Assembly: GCF_009914755.1 (NCBI RefSeq)
Contig: NC_060928.1
Length of the DNA stretch: 64,000 bases
Strand: one strand, 5' to 3'
Origin: the human T2T-CHM13v2.0 reference genome, Homo sapiens
Part shown: one piece after another, positions 45,672 to 59,678 of the stretch
Numbering within the stretch: position 1 is the first letter of the stretch
Layout of the letters: each line of letters begins with the position of its first letter
Program-made: the position numbers and the translations under genes
Notes under the pieces: model-generated
The model's database searches: none
Told to the model about the DNA's origin: nothing
Seen by the model: the letters and a program-made list of their open reading frames with translations, nothing else

Positions 45672-47985
45672 TGTATTAGTCTGTTCTCATGTTGCTATGA
45701 AGAAATATCCAAGACTGGATAATTTATAAAGGAAAGAGATTTAATTGACTCACAGTTCCACATGGCTGGGGAGGCCTCAGGAAACTTACAATTATGGCAG
45801 AAGGTACCTCTTGACAGGGTGGCAGGAAAGAGAATGAGTGCTGAGCGAAGGGGGAAGCTTCTTATAAAACCATCAGATTTTGCGAGAACTCACTCACTAT
45901 CATGAGAACAGCATGAGCAGCATGATGGTTAAATTACCTCCCACTGGGTCCCTCCCATGACACGTGGGGATTATGGGAACTACAATTCAAGATGAGATTT
46001 GGGTGGGAACACAGCCAAACCATACAATTCTGCCTTTGGCTTCTCTCAAATCTCATGTCCTCATATTTCAAAACACAATCATGCCTTTCCAACAGTCCCC
46101 CAAAGTATTCCAGCATTAACTCAAAAGTCCAAGTCCAAAGTCTCATCTAAGACAAGGCAAGTCCCTTCCACCTATGAGCCTGTAAAATTAGGAGCAAGTT
46201 AGTTACTTCCTAGATACAATGGGGTACAGACACTGGGTAAATACACCCATTCCAAATGGGAGAAATTGTCCAAAACAAAGGGGCTACAGGTCCCATGCAA
46301 TTCCAAAATCCAACAGGGCAGTCATTAAGCCTTAAAATTCCAAAATGACCTCCTTTGACTCCATGTCTCATATCTAGGGCATGCCGATGCAAGAGGTGGG
46401 CTCCCATGGCCTTGGGCAGCTCTGCTTCTGTGGCTTTACAGGGTATAGCCCTCCTTCCAGCTGCTTTCACAGGCTGGCAATGATTGCCTATGGCTTTTCC
46501 AGGTACATGCTGTAAGCTGTTGGTGGATCTACCAGTCTGGGGTCTGGAGGACAGTGTCTCTCTTGTCACAGCTCCACTAGGCAGTGGCCCAGTGGGGACT
46601 GTATGTGGGGGCTCCAACCTCACATTTTCTTTCCACACTGCTCTAGCAGAGGTTCTCCATGAGGGCTCTATCCCTGCAGCAAACTTCTGTCTGGACATCC
46701 AGGTGTTTCCATACATCTTCTGGAATCTAGGTGGGATTCCCAAACCTCAATTCTTGACTTCTGTGCACCTGCAGGCTCAACACCATGTGGAAGCTGCCAA
46801 GGCTTGGGGCTTGCACCTTCTGAAGCCACAGCCTGAGCTATACCTTGACCCCTTTTAGCCACAGCTGGTACTGAAGCAGCCAGGATGCAAGGCATCAAGT
46901 CCCTAGGCTGCACACAGCAGGGGGGCCCTGGGCCTGGCCCATGAAACCATTTTTTTCTCCTAGGCCTCTGGGCCTGTGATGGGAGGGGCTGCCATGAAGG
47001 TCCCTGACATGCCCTGGAGACATTTTCTCCATTGTCTTAACATTCAGCTGCTTGTTACTTATGCACATTTCTGCAACAGGCTTGAATTTCTCCCCAGAAA
47101 ATGTTTTTTTTTTTTGATTGCATCATCAGACTGCAAATTTTCCAAACTTTTATGCTCTGCTTCCTCTTGAATGCTTTGCCACTTAGAAATTTCTTCTGCC
47201 AGATGCCCTAAATCATCTCTCTCAATCTCAAAGTTCCACACATCTCTAGGGCAGAGGCAAAATGCTGCCAGTCTCTTTGCTAAGGCATAACAAGAGTTAC
47301 CTTAGCTCCAGTTTCCAACAAGTTCCTCATCTCCATTTGAGACCACCTCAGCCTGGACTTTATTGTCCATATTACTGTCAGCATTTTGGTTAAAGCCATT
47401 CAACAAGTCTCTAGGAAGTTCCAAACTTTCCTACATCTTCCTGTCTTCTGAGCCCTCCAAGTCTCTCGGAAGTTCCCTATTTTCCCACATTTTTCTGTCT
47501 TCTTCTGAGCCCTCCAAACTGTTCCATCCTCTGCCTATTACCCAGTTCCAAAGTTGCTTCCACATTTTTGGGTATCTTTATAACAGCACTTCACTATCTG
47601 TGGTACCAATTTACTGTATTAGTCTGTTCTCACACTGCTATAAAGAACTGCTCAAGAGTAGGTAGCTAATAAAGGAAAGAGATTTAATTGACTCACAGTT
47701 CTGCATGGCTGGGGAGGCCTCAGGAAACTTAGAATTATGGCAGAAGGCACCTCTTCACAGGGTAGCAGGAGAAAGAATGAGTGCTGAGTGAAGGGGGAAG
47801 TCCCTTTTAAAACCATCAGATCTCATGAGAACTCACTCACTATCAGGAGAACAGCATGACAAGCATGAGGGTAACCACCCCTATGATTACGTTACCTCCC
47901 TCGGGATCCCTTCCATGACACATGGGGATTATGGAAACTATAATTCAAGATGAGATTTGGGTGGGGACACAGCTAAACTATATCA
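45672..47985 (-). mobile_element. Complete MaLR provirus (THE1D/MSTA-type): 3' LTR 45672-46026, internal 46027-47614, 5' LTR 47615-47985
   Basis: Two homologous LTRs bracketing a THE1/MST internal region; TSD gtctg/gtcca. Confidence 0.95.
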
Positions 47986-48224
47986 GTCCATCTAAACAAT
48001 TATTTTTGTTGTTACTTTAGAACATCCAGATGGGGCTCTTAAGAGTGAGGAAATCATATAAAGTTTGGTTCTATGAAGAGAAGCAAAGAAGGCAAGGTGA
48101 AATCACAGAAGGCCAAGTTTATTACTTATATTAGTTCACAGAGATGAAGTTCCAGGCACCGTACCTTCCTTGTGGCTATAGATGTCACTATCTCAAGAAT
48201 CATGTAGATGAGTAGTTCTGAGTT

Positions 48225-48330
48225 TCCCATCAAGTTCCTGAATCAGAATTGCTCAGGGGAGGGAGAGGCATATCTTTTTCACTTTATGAAGGTTCCACAG
48301 GTGGTTCTGATGTGCAACCTAGGTCATATA
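48225..48330. mobile_element. MER5-like fragment
   Basis: 'ctgaatcagaa...ttccacaggtggttctgatgtgca'. Confidence 0.55.
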
Positions 48331-50689
48331 GCTGACTTAGACCCTTTAGGTAATTCACTCCAGATTTTTTCCTCATTCATTCCAAATGAACACACACTAC
48401 TGCACGATTTTTACATCAGGTACTCAGATCACAACAATGAGAATACAGCAAAGGGATTCTAAATAAAATAATATAAAATTCATCAAAATATGCTTCCCTC
48501 CAAAACATTGTGATTTTTGAACTAGATGTGATAAAATGGAAACAGAATCTTGAAAGTGCACATGTAATTAAGGTCAAAACAACAACGTTAGTAAAGTCAG
48601 ATCCCTGATCAAAATTCCAGAGAGTGGGATGTTTGAAAGTTCACCAAACTAATGTGCCTGATTTGACCCTCATGATTTTTCACCTAAGAGGTTAGGGATG
48701 CTGGCAGCAGAGTTGCAAATAAGCTTGGAGCTTTAGGAAAAATAAAATTTCAGAGGGGGAAGGATGAGGAGGGGAAGAGAGAGAGGGAGGGAGAAGAGGC
48801 ACCAACATGAACTGATGTAAAGTGAAGAATATCCTGGGGAAATAAAAGGAAGACCTCTATTGAAAAGAAGAGCCAAGAACATTAGAGTAACTAAGAATGA
48901 ACCAATAAATGTGGGATGCTCCTGAGATGCTGGGGGCATATGATCGAAAGGCAGTTGTGATAGAAGCTGAGCAAGTGACGGCAAGGCCAAGGCAGAGGAC
49001 CCAACAGTTCCAGGGAGTGGATTGAGAACTCAATCTGCAGCAGTAAGTGAACATAGAAGAAACCAGTGAAGATAGATGCCCCCAAGGGTCAGGGTTAGGA
49101 GAGTTGCTTGTGATAAGAAATGATATTAACCCAGAGAGGGCTTGGAGGAGGCTGATGCTCAACCCTCAAAAAGCCAAGTAACAGGACATTATATCCTTCT
49201 AACTCCACTCATCATTTCAGGATACAGTTTTTATCTTAAAAGTCCTTTTTTATTGTAGTAAAAATAGTGGTCCACTTGGAAAAACTATGCATTCAGCTCC
49301 CAGTAGATGCTCTGGGTATGATGAATGGCCAGAAGGAAGAAAGGGGAAAGGTCAGGGGCATGGTCTTTGGGAGAGAAAACCACCCCCTTTTGTCATCAGA
49401 TAGCTACTGGAACTTTGCAGGGGAAGGATTATCTGGGATGTAAGTCAGAGGTTGTGTATCAGAGATGGAAACCTCCAGGTCCAGAGTTCAGAGGACAGAA
49501 TTGTGGGAAGATAACAGGGTGTGTACATGACATTTGGAGAGGATAGGCATGAAAGAACCTGATAGAGATAATCCACAGTGGAAGGGCTGCAGTACCTCCA
49601 GAGCAAGTGTGGACTATAAACAGAAAACAGGAAGAGGAGCCTGGGGAAAACAGAATCCAGAAAGCACACTGGAGAAAAGAAAACTCAATATAAAACTTAA
49701 TGCCTGGAAGAGAACTAAAGACTCATCAGAAACTTCTTGAAAGGACACCTCAGGAAGATGCCGGCTGAGGTGGTGGCTGAGGAGGCATCCAGTTGCTCTG
49801 CCACTCTTTTGACCTGAAGTGAAATAGAAGGTCTGGGGTTATGCAGGTAAAGATCGCTTACACATCCTGGAATCTCAGAGTATCAGCCTAGACCTGGGGA
49901 AAGAGGGAGGTGAGACTAGGTCAGAATTCTAAGAAGTGAAGCCTCTTTGGGATACAAAATAAAAGTAGTACAAGGGAGCCCCTTGTGGAACTTTTTAAAT
50001 ACCCAAGACTGTTGACAAGTTGGGACAATTCTGTGACAGATCTCATAAGATAGAAAGTTTATGTTTACATTTAGCAAACTTGATGTGTTGGACTGTGGCT
50101 GGGGTGAAGGAGGGGATGACACTGGGAAGACCAGGAAGAGATGAAAGGCCATAACTCAAAAGGTATAAGTTCAGGAAGAGGAATTTTCCCCTTACTGGTC
50201 GTGAAAGGATCATGTAAATGACCCCAGGCTTAGTGAAGTGGGAGCACCATAAGATAAGTCTCTTCTGTGGTGTTCTGGTCTTGACAACAAAAGTATTTTA
50301 AATAAATTGGTTAAAGAGCATAAGAAATTGTGTAAGCATTAAGGAAAAAGTATAACTAGCTTCTATTTAGCTTCATATAAGGATATAACATAAAATATTT
50401 TCCAAAAACTAGTACAAAATACATTGAAGTACTATTTGAATATCATTGGTGTTTTCCAGTGGAAAAAGAAATTTATACTGAAAATGCCAACTTTACAAAA
50501 TAAAGAAGTGTTTAGAACTGTTCATCACTACAGGTAGGCATGCTCTATCAGATAGTATACCTTGAGCAAGAAGACTTTATGGTGATTTGAATCAACAAAA
50601 CACCATATCTTGTTCAAAAAAGGTGCTCAATATGTGTTTGAGTGGATAAAATGAGTATATGTTGAGTAAAGAAATTAAAGAATAAATTA

Positions 50690-50945
50690 AAGACATAGTT
50701 GTATATTCCACTTGGGAAGTCTTTCTCCAGGGATGGGTTAGCTGCCTTTCCAGGGGCTCCCATTCTACCATGGGTATCTCCTATCCTATCCTGTCCTGTC
50801 CTGTCCTACTTTATGCTATGTTCTCTAATAAACTATAAGCTACTTGAGGTTAGGAACTAGTTCTTATTCTTCATGATAACTGTAGCCCTGACCATAGTGC
50901 TCTGCACATGGTAGATATTCAAGAAATAGTTGTATAAATGAATGG
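50690..50945 (+). mobile_element. L2 3' end containing a short (CCTRT)n repeat
   Basis: 'aactataagctacttgaggttaggaac...catagtgctctgcacatggtagatattcaagaaatagttg'. Confidence 0.7.
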
Positions 50946-51599
50946 CATTTAAGCTTAAGCCAAATGCTAAATTAGCATCATACCTGGGAGATTAAGAGGG
51001 GTTAATTTTTTAGGGGTTAATACTTGAATGTTTTTTAGAAAGTCCATTAAGGAGCTATGATAAGAGAGAAGCAGAGGAACAATTCGGACAGTGTTATTAT
51101 TTTAATTTGACCATATATTTGGAATGGAAAATGGATTGTAATGATTCAGAGCAAAGAATTCCTTTCTTGGAAATGAAAGGCTGGAAAATGAAGCATGGAG
51201 ACATACTTCTTATTGAAAACACAGCAGGGGAGTGTCCTTCCCCCTAAAATCATTCAGACTGTCAGATTAAACATATATTATTTCTTAAAAAAATATTCCC
51301 AGAGGAAATCCAGCATCTATCTCCCCCTACTGGTGTCATATTAAGAGTGATGTCTGACTGTTTTCCCTTGAAATGAGGAATGTTCTAATTAAGATGAACA
51401 TTTTAATTTGTTATTTGGACAAAAAAAACTTATATAAAACTTAAGCATTCTACAATGGACATTTGTGTTGTAATGAGCTTTAGCAATATTTGAGATATAC
51501 ATTGTTTCATCACACATAAAGAATGGTTAAATATTCTGGCTAGTTCATCTGCCATTAACAGATTTATATGACAATGGATTGTAACTGATTGATACAATG

Positions 51600-53930
51600 A
51601 AAGTTTTATTTACTACAGAAAATTTCAAACATATACAAAATATAAAGAATAATATAATTCTTTACATATACATACATATAATGGGAACTTCCATGTCCCA
51701 TTATCTAGCTCCAACAAACAAGTCATAACTAATCTTGTTTCATTTATTACTTCCCCAAGGTCTCACATCCAGGTTGTTTTGAAGCAAAGTCCAAGCATTG
51801 TATCACTTCATCTGCAAATATTTCAATAAGTACCCAAAAGGTAAGGATGCTTAAAATATCCTCATAATATCATTATTATGCCTAATAGGTTTTTTTTTTT
51901 ATCAATTATCTAGTCAGTGTTTACGTTTCCACAATTGTTTTAAATTTTGTCATTATTTATTTTATAGCTTGTTAGAAACAGGCTTTTAATAAGAGCTATA
52001 GATTATAATTGTTTGATACGTTTCTTAAATCTCATGGAATTGTAAATTCTTCCTCTATCAATTTTTTCTTTTAAAAAATATAATTATTTTTATTTTTAAA
52101 ATAGATTTAGGGAATATAACTTTTTTCTTGCATTTTTTTTTTTTGCTAAAACTGCATCATTTGTGTTCTGTGTTGTGTCTTATATAATGTGCCACAATCT
52201 GGAATTTGCTGCCTGGATCCCCATGGCATCGTATAAGACATTCATCTGTCCCTTGTATTTCTTGTAAATTGGTAGTTAGATCCAGAGGCTTAAGTTTATT
52301 CAGGTTTGATTTTTTTTTTTTTGCAAGAAGCTGTTATGCACTTTCATCACTCAAAGTTTGGCAGCAATTGAAGTTCATCATCTACTCCAGACTCTCTAGA
52401 GCAGCATTCGCTAATACAAGTTTCTATGGTGATGGAAGTATTCTATATCTGTTCTATCTAATATGGTAGCCACTAGCCACACATGGCTACTAAGCACTTG
52501 AATTGTGGCTAGTGTGGCTGAGAAATTGGCTTTTTATTTAAAAACTTTTAATTACTTTTAATTTAAATAGTCACATGTGGCTAATGATTACCATAGCAGA
52601 TAATATAGCTCTTGACTCATTAATTCATTAATGGCTAAAAAATAATAATCTTATTTTATAATTTTTTCTTCATTAATTAAAATATTTTTATAAAGAGAAA
52701 CTTCCTCTTATCAACTGAATTGTTGCCATGAGATTCAGTTCATACAATACAGGCAGAAAAGTAGTTTAATTTTCCCCCATATTTATCAGTTATCAAATAA
52801 TGAGTTGATTCCCTAGTATTCTCCAAAGGTGACCCAAGGAGATTTTTTTTGTTATGAAGTCATATTTTGTATTTTAATTCATTGTAATTATTCTTATTGA
52901 TGCTCAAATTGATCTAACCTTGGCCAGAGAGAACCTATTTCTTTTGAGTGCTCTTCATATGATCCTGTGAATATCAGTGTCCTGACTTCATCTACATTGT
53001 TCCAGGGTCATCTTATACATGGCCTGTCTCATGTCTAAAATTAGCCATTTGTCCAAGAAGCCCTGATTCCAGTTAGTAGTCTATTTCAAGAACATATCTG
53101 GACACTTGGGGTGATCATTGCTATTGGGTTGGTAATTCTTCTAGCTTGATAAAAGCACAACTAGAAATAGATTTTTTTAAAAGATAAACTAGATCATAAA
53201 TTTATCTTGATACATTCAACTTAAAGTCAGGCAATGGAATTGTCTTTGATTTTAACTTTTTTTTTGTTTTTATGGTGAAAACCTGGAGTTTTAATAACAT
53301 TAATTTAGTTACCCATTTCCTTTATGCCACAATATATACACAGTAATTTCAGAATAAACAATACCAACAATACCAGCAACAAAATTATTATTGAGAAAGT
53401 ATAAGATTTTTTTTTTGATTTTGCATAATTTTTGTCCTTAGGGTCCTTCTCATGGATGACATTTTATTGTATTTTAGGTTTATATGAAGTAGTTCATCCT
53501 TGTGTGGTTTTGCCACAAACTGGATACACTTTTATATTTCTTTCATTTTATTTTTAGATAAATGAGATATCTTTTTAAGAAATGTAGTTTAATTTTATGA
53601 TTATGTAAGATATTTATAAATGTGGTTTGAGAGTAAAATCTATAAAACAAAGTATTCAAAGATGTTTAGATTCTCTATCTCCTTAACTCAATTTCCTCAC
53701 TCCAAGGATTTATTTAAAAACATTTACGATTTAATCCTTCATTTATTGTTATTAGCAAAGATGTGTATATATTTTTATCCTTCTTATATTAACCATAGTA
53801 TACTATATAAAATTTCTCCCCTACTCTTTGTAAAAACTAAATGTATCCTGGAGATCACTGAACAATAATATGTAGAGATTGGTCTCATTTCTTTTTACAG
53901 CTGCATGTGTTCTATATTTCATTCAATAAT
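51600..53930 (-). mobile_element. Old L1 (L1MC-like) 3' region
   Basis: 'gaaaatttcaaacatatacaaaa' start; 'ttagccatttgtccaagaagccctgattcc' and other L1MC motifs. Confidence 0.7.
52402..52608 (+). mobile_element. MER3 (hAT-Charlie MITE)
   Basis: 'aatatggtagccactagccacacatggctactaagcacttgaattgtggctagtg'; 8-bp TSD ctctagag/ctcttgac. Confidence 0.88.
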
Positions 53931-53949
53931 TGCCTCCCCCCAGCAACCC

Positions 53950-54230
53950 TTTTTTTTAAAGACAGAGTCTTGCTCTGTCACCCAGGCTGGAGTGCAGTGG
54001 TGTGATCATAGCTCACTGCAACCTTGAACTCGTGGGCTCAGGTGATCTACCTGTTTCCAAGTTGCTTGACTACAGGTGCTCACCACTGTGCCTGGCATTT
54101 TTGCATTGTTTGTAGAGACAGGGTCCTGCTATGTTGCCTAGGCTGGTCTTGCACTCTTGGCCTTGAGTGATCCTCGCACCTTGGCCTCCCAAAGTGCTGG
54201 GATTATAGGTGTGAGCTACCACTCGTGGCT
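53950..54230 (-). mobile_element. Alu (AluJ)
   Basis: 'gatcatagctcactgcaaccttgaactcgtgggctca' J-type. Confidence 0.93.
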
Positions 54231-54292
54231 AATAATCCCCTTATTAATGAGCAGTTACGTTGTGGAAAGTTTTTTTTTTTTCCAAATGATAG

Positions 54293-54325
54293 CTGCAGTA
54301 GCAGTAGCAGCAGCAGCAGCAGCAT
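54293..54325. repeat. Short interrupted CAG/TAG trinucleotide repeat
   Basis: gcagtagcagtagcagcagcagcagcagca. Confidence 0.85.
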
Positions 54326-55433
54326 CAAATATGTTACCTTTCTCCATAATCTTTGCTTATTCACTAGGTTTATGTAGGTATTCATAAAAATTTAAAACAT
54401 AAATACGTTATATTAATGACCCAAGACAAGTGTTGGTAAAAAACTAAGGTACATTAATGCAAAGTTATAGGTCTTGGTATCCTCCAACTCAAATAAAATA
54501 TTTTAATTTTCATTAATTATCCCATTAGGGGACTGATTAGTATTTTTCTGATTTTCAGACTTCCTAGGATAGAGCTTGGAAAGGTTGGAAAAGTAAGGAT
54601 GATTGAACTTGAAAGGTGTGAATGAAAGAAGAATTATCTTTTGGGATGGAGAATAGTAGCTGTTTTCAAAGAAGATTTTATTTTATCTTTCATTTTTGGC
54701 CTATAAGTTTTGCAGAGAATCTGTGATTAGAGTATTTAGTAAAGTACTATGTAATTATTGTTCTGTTATTTGGACACATGTTTAAACTAGAATTTTGAAG
54801 ATAGCAATTAGCAATAATTATGTATGTTCTAGCCACTTTATTCATTCTACCTCTTTTACCATATACTTTAAAGATATCTATATGGTAAAAGGTAAGTGGC
54901 AACTGAATAATCACAAATACATCAACAAGTAAAGAGATGCTTTGTTTTATTGAGTGCATTCTTATATTTTCTCTTTTGCTGGAATAATAAGTGGGGTTTT
55001 AAACTGATCTGTTCTAACATTGTTTTTCCTCATTTTCTCTCTCTTTAGAGGGTTTCAGCAGGTTTTCATACATTCTCAGTTAGAAGCTGTTATAATTTTT
55101 AAAATAATACTCTAGTTCTAGTTATTCTATCACGAGCTGATTCTATTTATACAACAAATAAATACTAATTAAAACTACTCTATAACCTTGAACTGTACAT
55201 TAGGGAAGTTATACCTATGGTGGATGACTGAAAAGAGAGTCCAGGATAAACTGATACATCTAATTGCACATAGTAGCCTTCGAATCAAGACTCTCAAATA
55301 GTAAAATGCACTAAGCCAATATGGATGGGAATAGCCTCCTGCTGTTTTCCCAACTATTTGAATTTTTAATATCTTCTCTTATAGCTATATACTTTTGGTT
55401 CATTTATGCTAGCGGTGTTATCAGTGAATGTAT

Positions 55434-55478
55434 TTTTAGATTCTGTATTCCATATTTTAGATTCTGTATTCCATATTT
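55434..55478. repeat. Perfect 21-bp tandem duplication
   Basis: ttttagattctgtattccata x2 + ttt. Confidence 0.95.
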
Positions 55479-55849
55479 AATGAAATTTTATTTATAGGAA
55501 AGAAAGAATGGGTATGCATAAGGACCTAATCAAAGAGGCCTCTGACACCTGTTGAGCAGTTGTGTGAGTGTGTGATTATCCATGGAAAAGAAGATCAGAG
55601 GGAAACGGTGTTTAAAGCCTTTGATTAGTTAGCAGAGAGAATGAAGCAAGCCAAGTGCTTTGCACAAAGTGACAGAAATGAAGGTAGAAGAAACAGTTAC
55701 AAATGGTGGTGGTACTAGAAGTAAGCTTCCCATAACTTCTACTCCGAACTTCAAGAAGGCTGTGGTTTTGTGGATATTCTTCCTTTGGCAGTCTACTAAA
55801 TTAGAAGAACTGGAATATTAATAGTATTGAATTCTAGCTCTTCAAAAAT

Positions 55850-56310
55850 ATCACCAACACAATCTGTTGTTTATAAAAGCTGAGTTTATTCTTACCATCG
55901 TAAGGAAAAGAACTGCCTTGACAGTCTTACTAGTCTTGGAATGAGGATGGCAAAGTTGGGATTCTTAGGAGGTTTGGGGTCTAGTATGAGGTGAGTTTTC
56001 ATTGTGGAGGCTTGCTTGATCAAGGTTGAGTAAGGTGGGTGTAAACAGCAAGGCTAGGGCATTGAGGTGAGGAAATTCAGAGTCTTGGGAGGTAAACTAT
56101 AATTTCATACTATGTATGGAAGAGTTGAACAATGCGATATTAATTTAATGGGGTTCTTGGAAAGTTCCTGGGAAGATTAGTAATTTGCAACTTTTATCTT
56201 ACTGGGCTATAGTTTCTTGGAATAGTAAGGTAATGATAAAACAAATACTATATGTGATTATTAGCCAAATTAATCAAGTTTATGATTTCGTTGGTTGCTT
56301 CTCAGATTTT
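55850..56310. mobile_element. Possible old LTR (family unresolved)
   Basis: 'aaagctgagtttattcttac...' and G-rich LTR-like composition. Confidence 0.35.
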
Positions 56311-56410
56311 TTTTTAAAGATTCCAGAGAAATCTACTGGGATGTGAGCACAACATTCTTAACCTAAAACAGCATATGTTCACCCTTTGTAGCTTGACATT
56401 CTGTCTAGAG

Positions 56411-56743
56411 CAATGATCCCCAACCTTTTTGGCACCAGGCACTGGTTTCGTGGAAGACAGTTTTTCCATGGACAGCGGTAGTGAGGGATGATTTCGGGAT
56501 GAATTTGTTCCACCTCGGATCATCAGGCATTAGATTCTCATAAGGTGTGTGCAACCTAGATCCCTCACATGCACAGTTTCACGATAGGGTTTGTGCTTCT
56601 ATGATAATCTAATGCTGCTGGAGGAGGAGGTAGAGCTCAGGCAGTAATACCCCCTTGCCTGCTGTTCACCTCCTGCTGTGTGGCCTGGTTCCTAACAGGC
56701 CACGGACCAGTGCTGGTCCACGGCCTGGGGACTGGGGATCCTG
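56411..56743 (+). mobile_element. MER1B (hAT-Charlie)
   Basis: 'tccccaacctttttggcaccagg.actggtttcgtggaagac'; TSD gtctagag/gtctacag. Confidence 0.93.
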
Positions 56744-57791
56744 GTCTACAGTGTCTCTGTTCTGAACAACTGCCTGTCTGATTTCATGAATCTCTCATGT
56801 AAGGAATTCTATAGACTTGGTGTCATTGTTTAACTATCTCCCTTGAACTATGGCCTGTAGGATTCTGCCTGCTTTCTAGTCCTTTTGTAAAGCATCAAGA
56901 GAAGAGGTTTGAGGAGACAAGGAATTAATACAGAAATCTCCCTGAATAGTTAGGTTCAGTTTTTCTTCTTCTTAAATTAAGTTTTCTAATGATCTCTTTT
57001 TTCTTGAGGGGAAACTCATGGGGCAAAATGGACTCTAGGTGATGTCAGAGATCATGCTAAAGGTAGGAATCCATTTACCAAGATAACAATCCTTGTTTAA
57101 TTTTTAGTAGGAGCCTATTGATTTTTGTTCAATAAATCCAATACCAGTGACTGGGGACTACCCAGTGATTTGATTTTGGTCCGTATGTGGTTATCAAATA
57201 CTCCCATGTGGTTATCAAATAGTGTTTTAAAGTTTGGTGCTCCTCATCAAGAATGATGTTTCACCAGGCAATGACATTTGTATTGTTGAAATTATTTGGT
57301 AGATATAAAGCAAAAGTGAAGTATGTTTATTTATATGATATGTGAAAATGATACAGCCTCCAAATACATACCATCTGTTTTCTAGTTCTCTTTTAATTTC
57401 TATTTCTGTGAACATTTGGATATAAAAGTTTTTACCCTCAAAAGGTTCTAGAATATTCTTTTGGTGGAGACAGGAATCTTCTTTTCTAGGTATGATGTGA
57501 TGCTGTGGGTAAGATTACCATCTGGTTGACCTGTTGTGCATTTTCTAGCTTAAAAAAAAATAACCTAAGGGTTGAATCCAGTTACCCAAGAAACTAACTG
57601 ATTCACTACAGGGAACTGGTACCAAGGGAAGCTAGATGACTCTCAAGTGAAAATGTGCAAACTCCACGTTGATTTTCCAGCTAATGAGTAAGTTGTAGTC
57701 ACATATTGGACTTATACCATAAAATGACTAAGCATGTGAAAAGCAACATTAAGAATAGCAGCCCCAAAGATAATATAGAAGTAACATAGTA

Positions 57792-58201
<410 letters not shown>

Positions 58202-58732
58202 TCATAAATATGGGATGGAAGTGGCCACATCTCATGCAGTCATCTTGATCTGAAATTTTTGGGTCTTGTGTCTCCTTTGATGACCATTTGTTCCTGTATG
58301 GTTCCTAAAAATACTCACATTTTTCCAGTAAAACCTGTCTTCTAGATTATATATTCCTTTTGAGTTCATTATTATGAAACCCAGAGTTTTGCTGTTATGT
58401 TAGTTCTTAACAGAACCTGATGGGATCTCATCCATCAGGGTTCAAGGACTGTCTTTCTCTGATCTCACTTCCAAAAAACCAGGTCTCTAGATTTCAGACC
58501 ACAGGAGGATGTTGAAGAAAGTTTGCCTGTGTGGTTGATGATAACACTGAGTTTATTTTGTGAATGCTGTGGAGTATTTGGCCATAGTTGCTAGGAATAA
58601 TATATGGAGTCCAGAATTGGATGATAGTCCTAGATGAATGCGCTGACCTATTACTAAGTGGAGTTTGTAAGGGGGAAGTGATGAACTCCAGATGAGTTGG
58701 TCTTATTGTCATTAAGGTGAATGACCTTAGAC

Positions 58733-58937
58733 CAAGGATTGGTAAACTTTTTCTGTAAAGGGCCAGGTAGGAGATATTTTAGACTCAGCAGGCCATGTGG
58801 TGTTTGTAGCAATTACTCAACATGAAAGCAGATATAGACAATATAAAAACAACGTGGCTGAATGTGTTCCAGTAAAACATGATTTACAAAATACAAACAT
58901 TGGGCTGAATTTGGTCCAAGGATCTTATTTCCCTACC
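58733..58937 (+). mobile_element. MER58A (hAT-Charlie)
   Basis: 'ggtaaactttttctgtaaagggccaggtaggagatattttag...gtggctgaatgtgttccagtaaaac'. Confidence 0.85.
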
Positions 58938-59381
58938 TTAGAGCACTTTGGCCTTATGCTTGCTTTTAGCTTTCTCATGTGCCCTAGGTATTGGGAGGAC
59001 GAGAAGCAAACAGCCATTGGGAGGATCTATACAAGCAAGCAGTTTTGTGCTGCTAAATTTGGATTTTGGGGGAAAGACAACTATCTTTGTTTACTAAGAT
59101 ACCAAGGATGCTCAGTTATTCATTCATTAATTCCATTATATGAAGCCTACTGTGTGACAAGTCCTGGAGATACAAAGATGAAAGGTGAAGGCCCTGGTCT
59201 CAAAGGAGCTTTTTTTCCTTAAGATTTTATAAATAGATACTCATGGCATTATAGGATATGGTGAAAAACAGTGTGCTAATTTGTTGTCAATAAAGTGAAC
59301 TCAGGATCTAAGCCAGGTGTGCATGTGTGTGTGAGTATATGTGTGGATAAGGCCAAGTCTCTGCAAAAAAAGTGTTATCTT

Positions 59382-59678
<297 letters not shown>

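Noticed and set aside
46210-46743. 177-aa ORF
   Set aside because: Decayed MaLR internal ORF remnant, common to THE1/MST elements
54157-54387. Poly-Ala/poly-Leu ORFs over the CAG repeat
   Set aside because: They start inside an Alu, and the repeat is short and interrupted
55434-57221. Short direct repeats as a CRISPR-like array
   Set aside because: Only two-copy local duplications, unrelated to each other, in eukaryotic DNA with no cas genes
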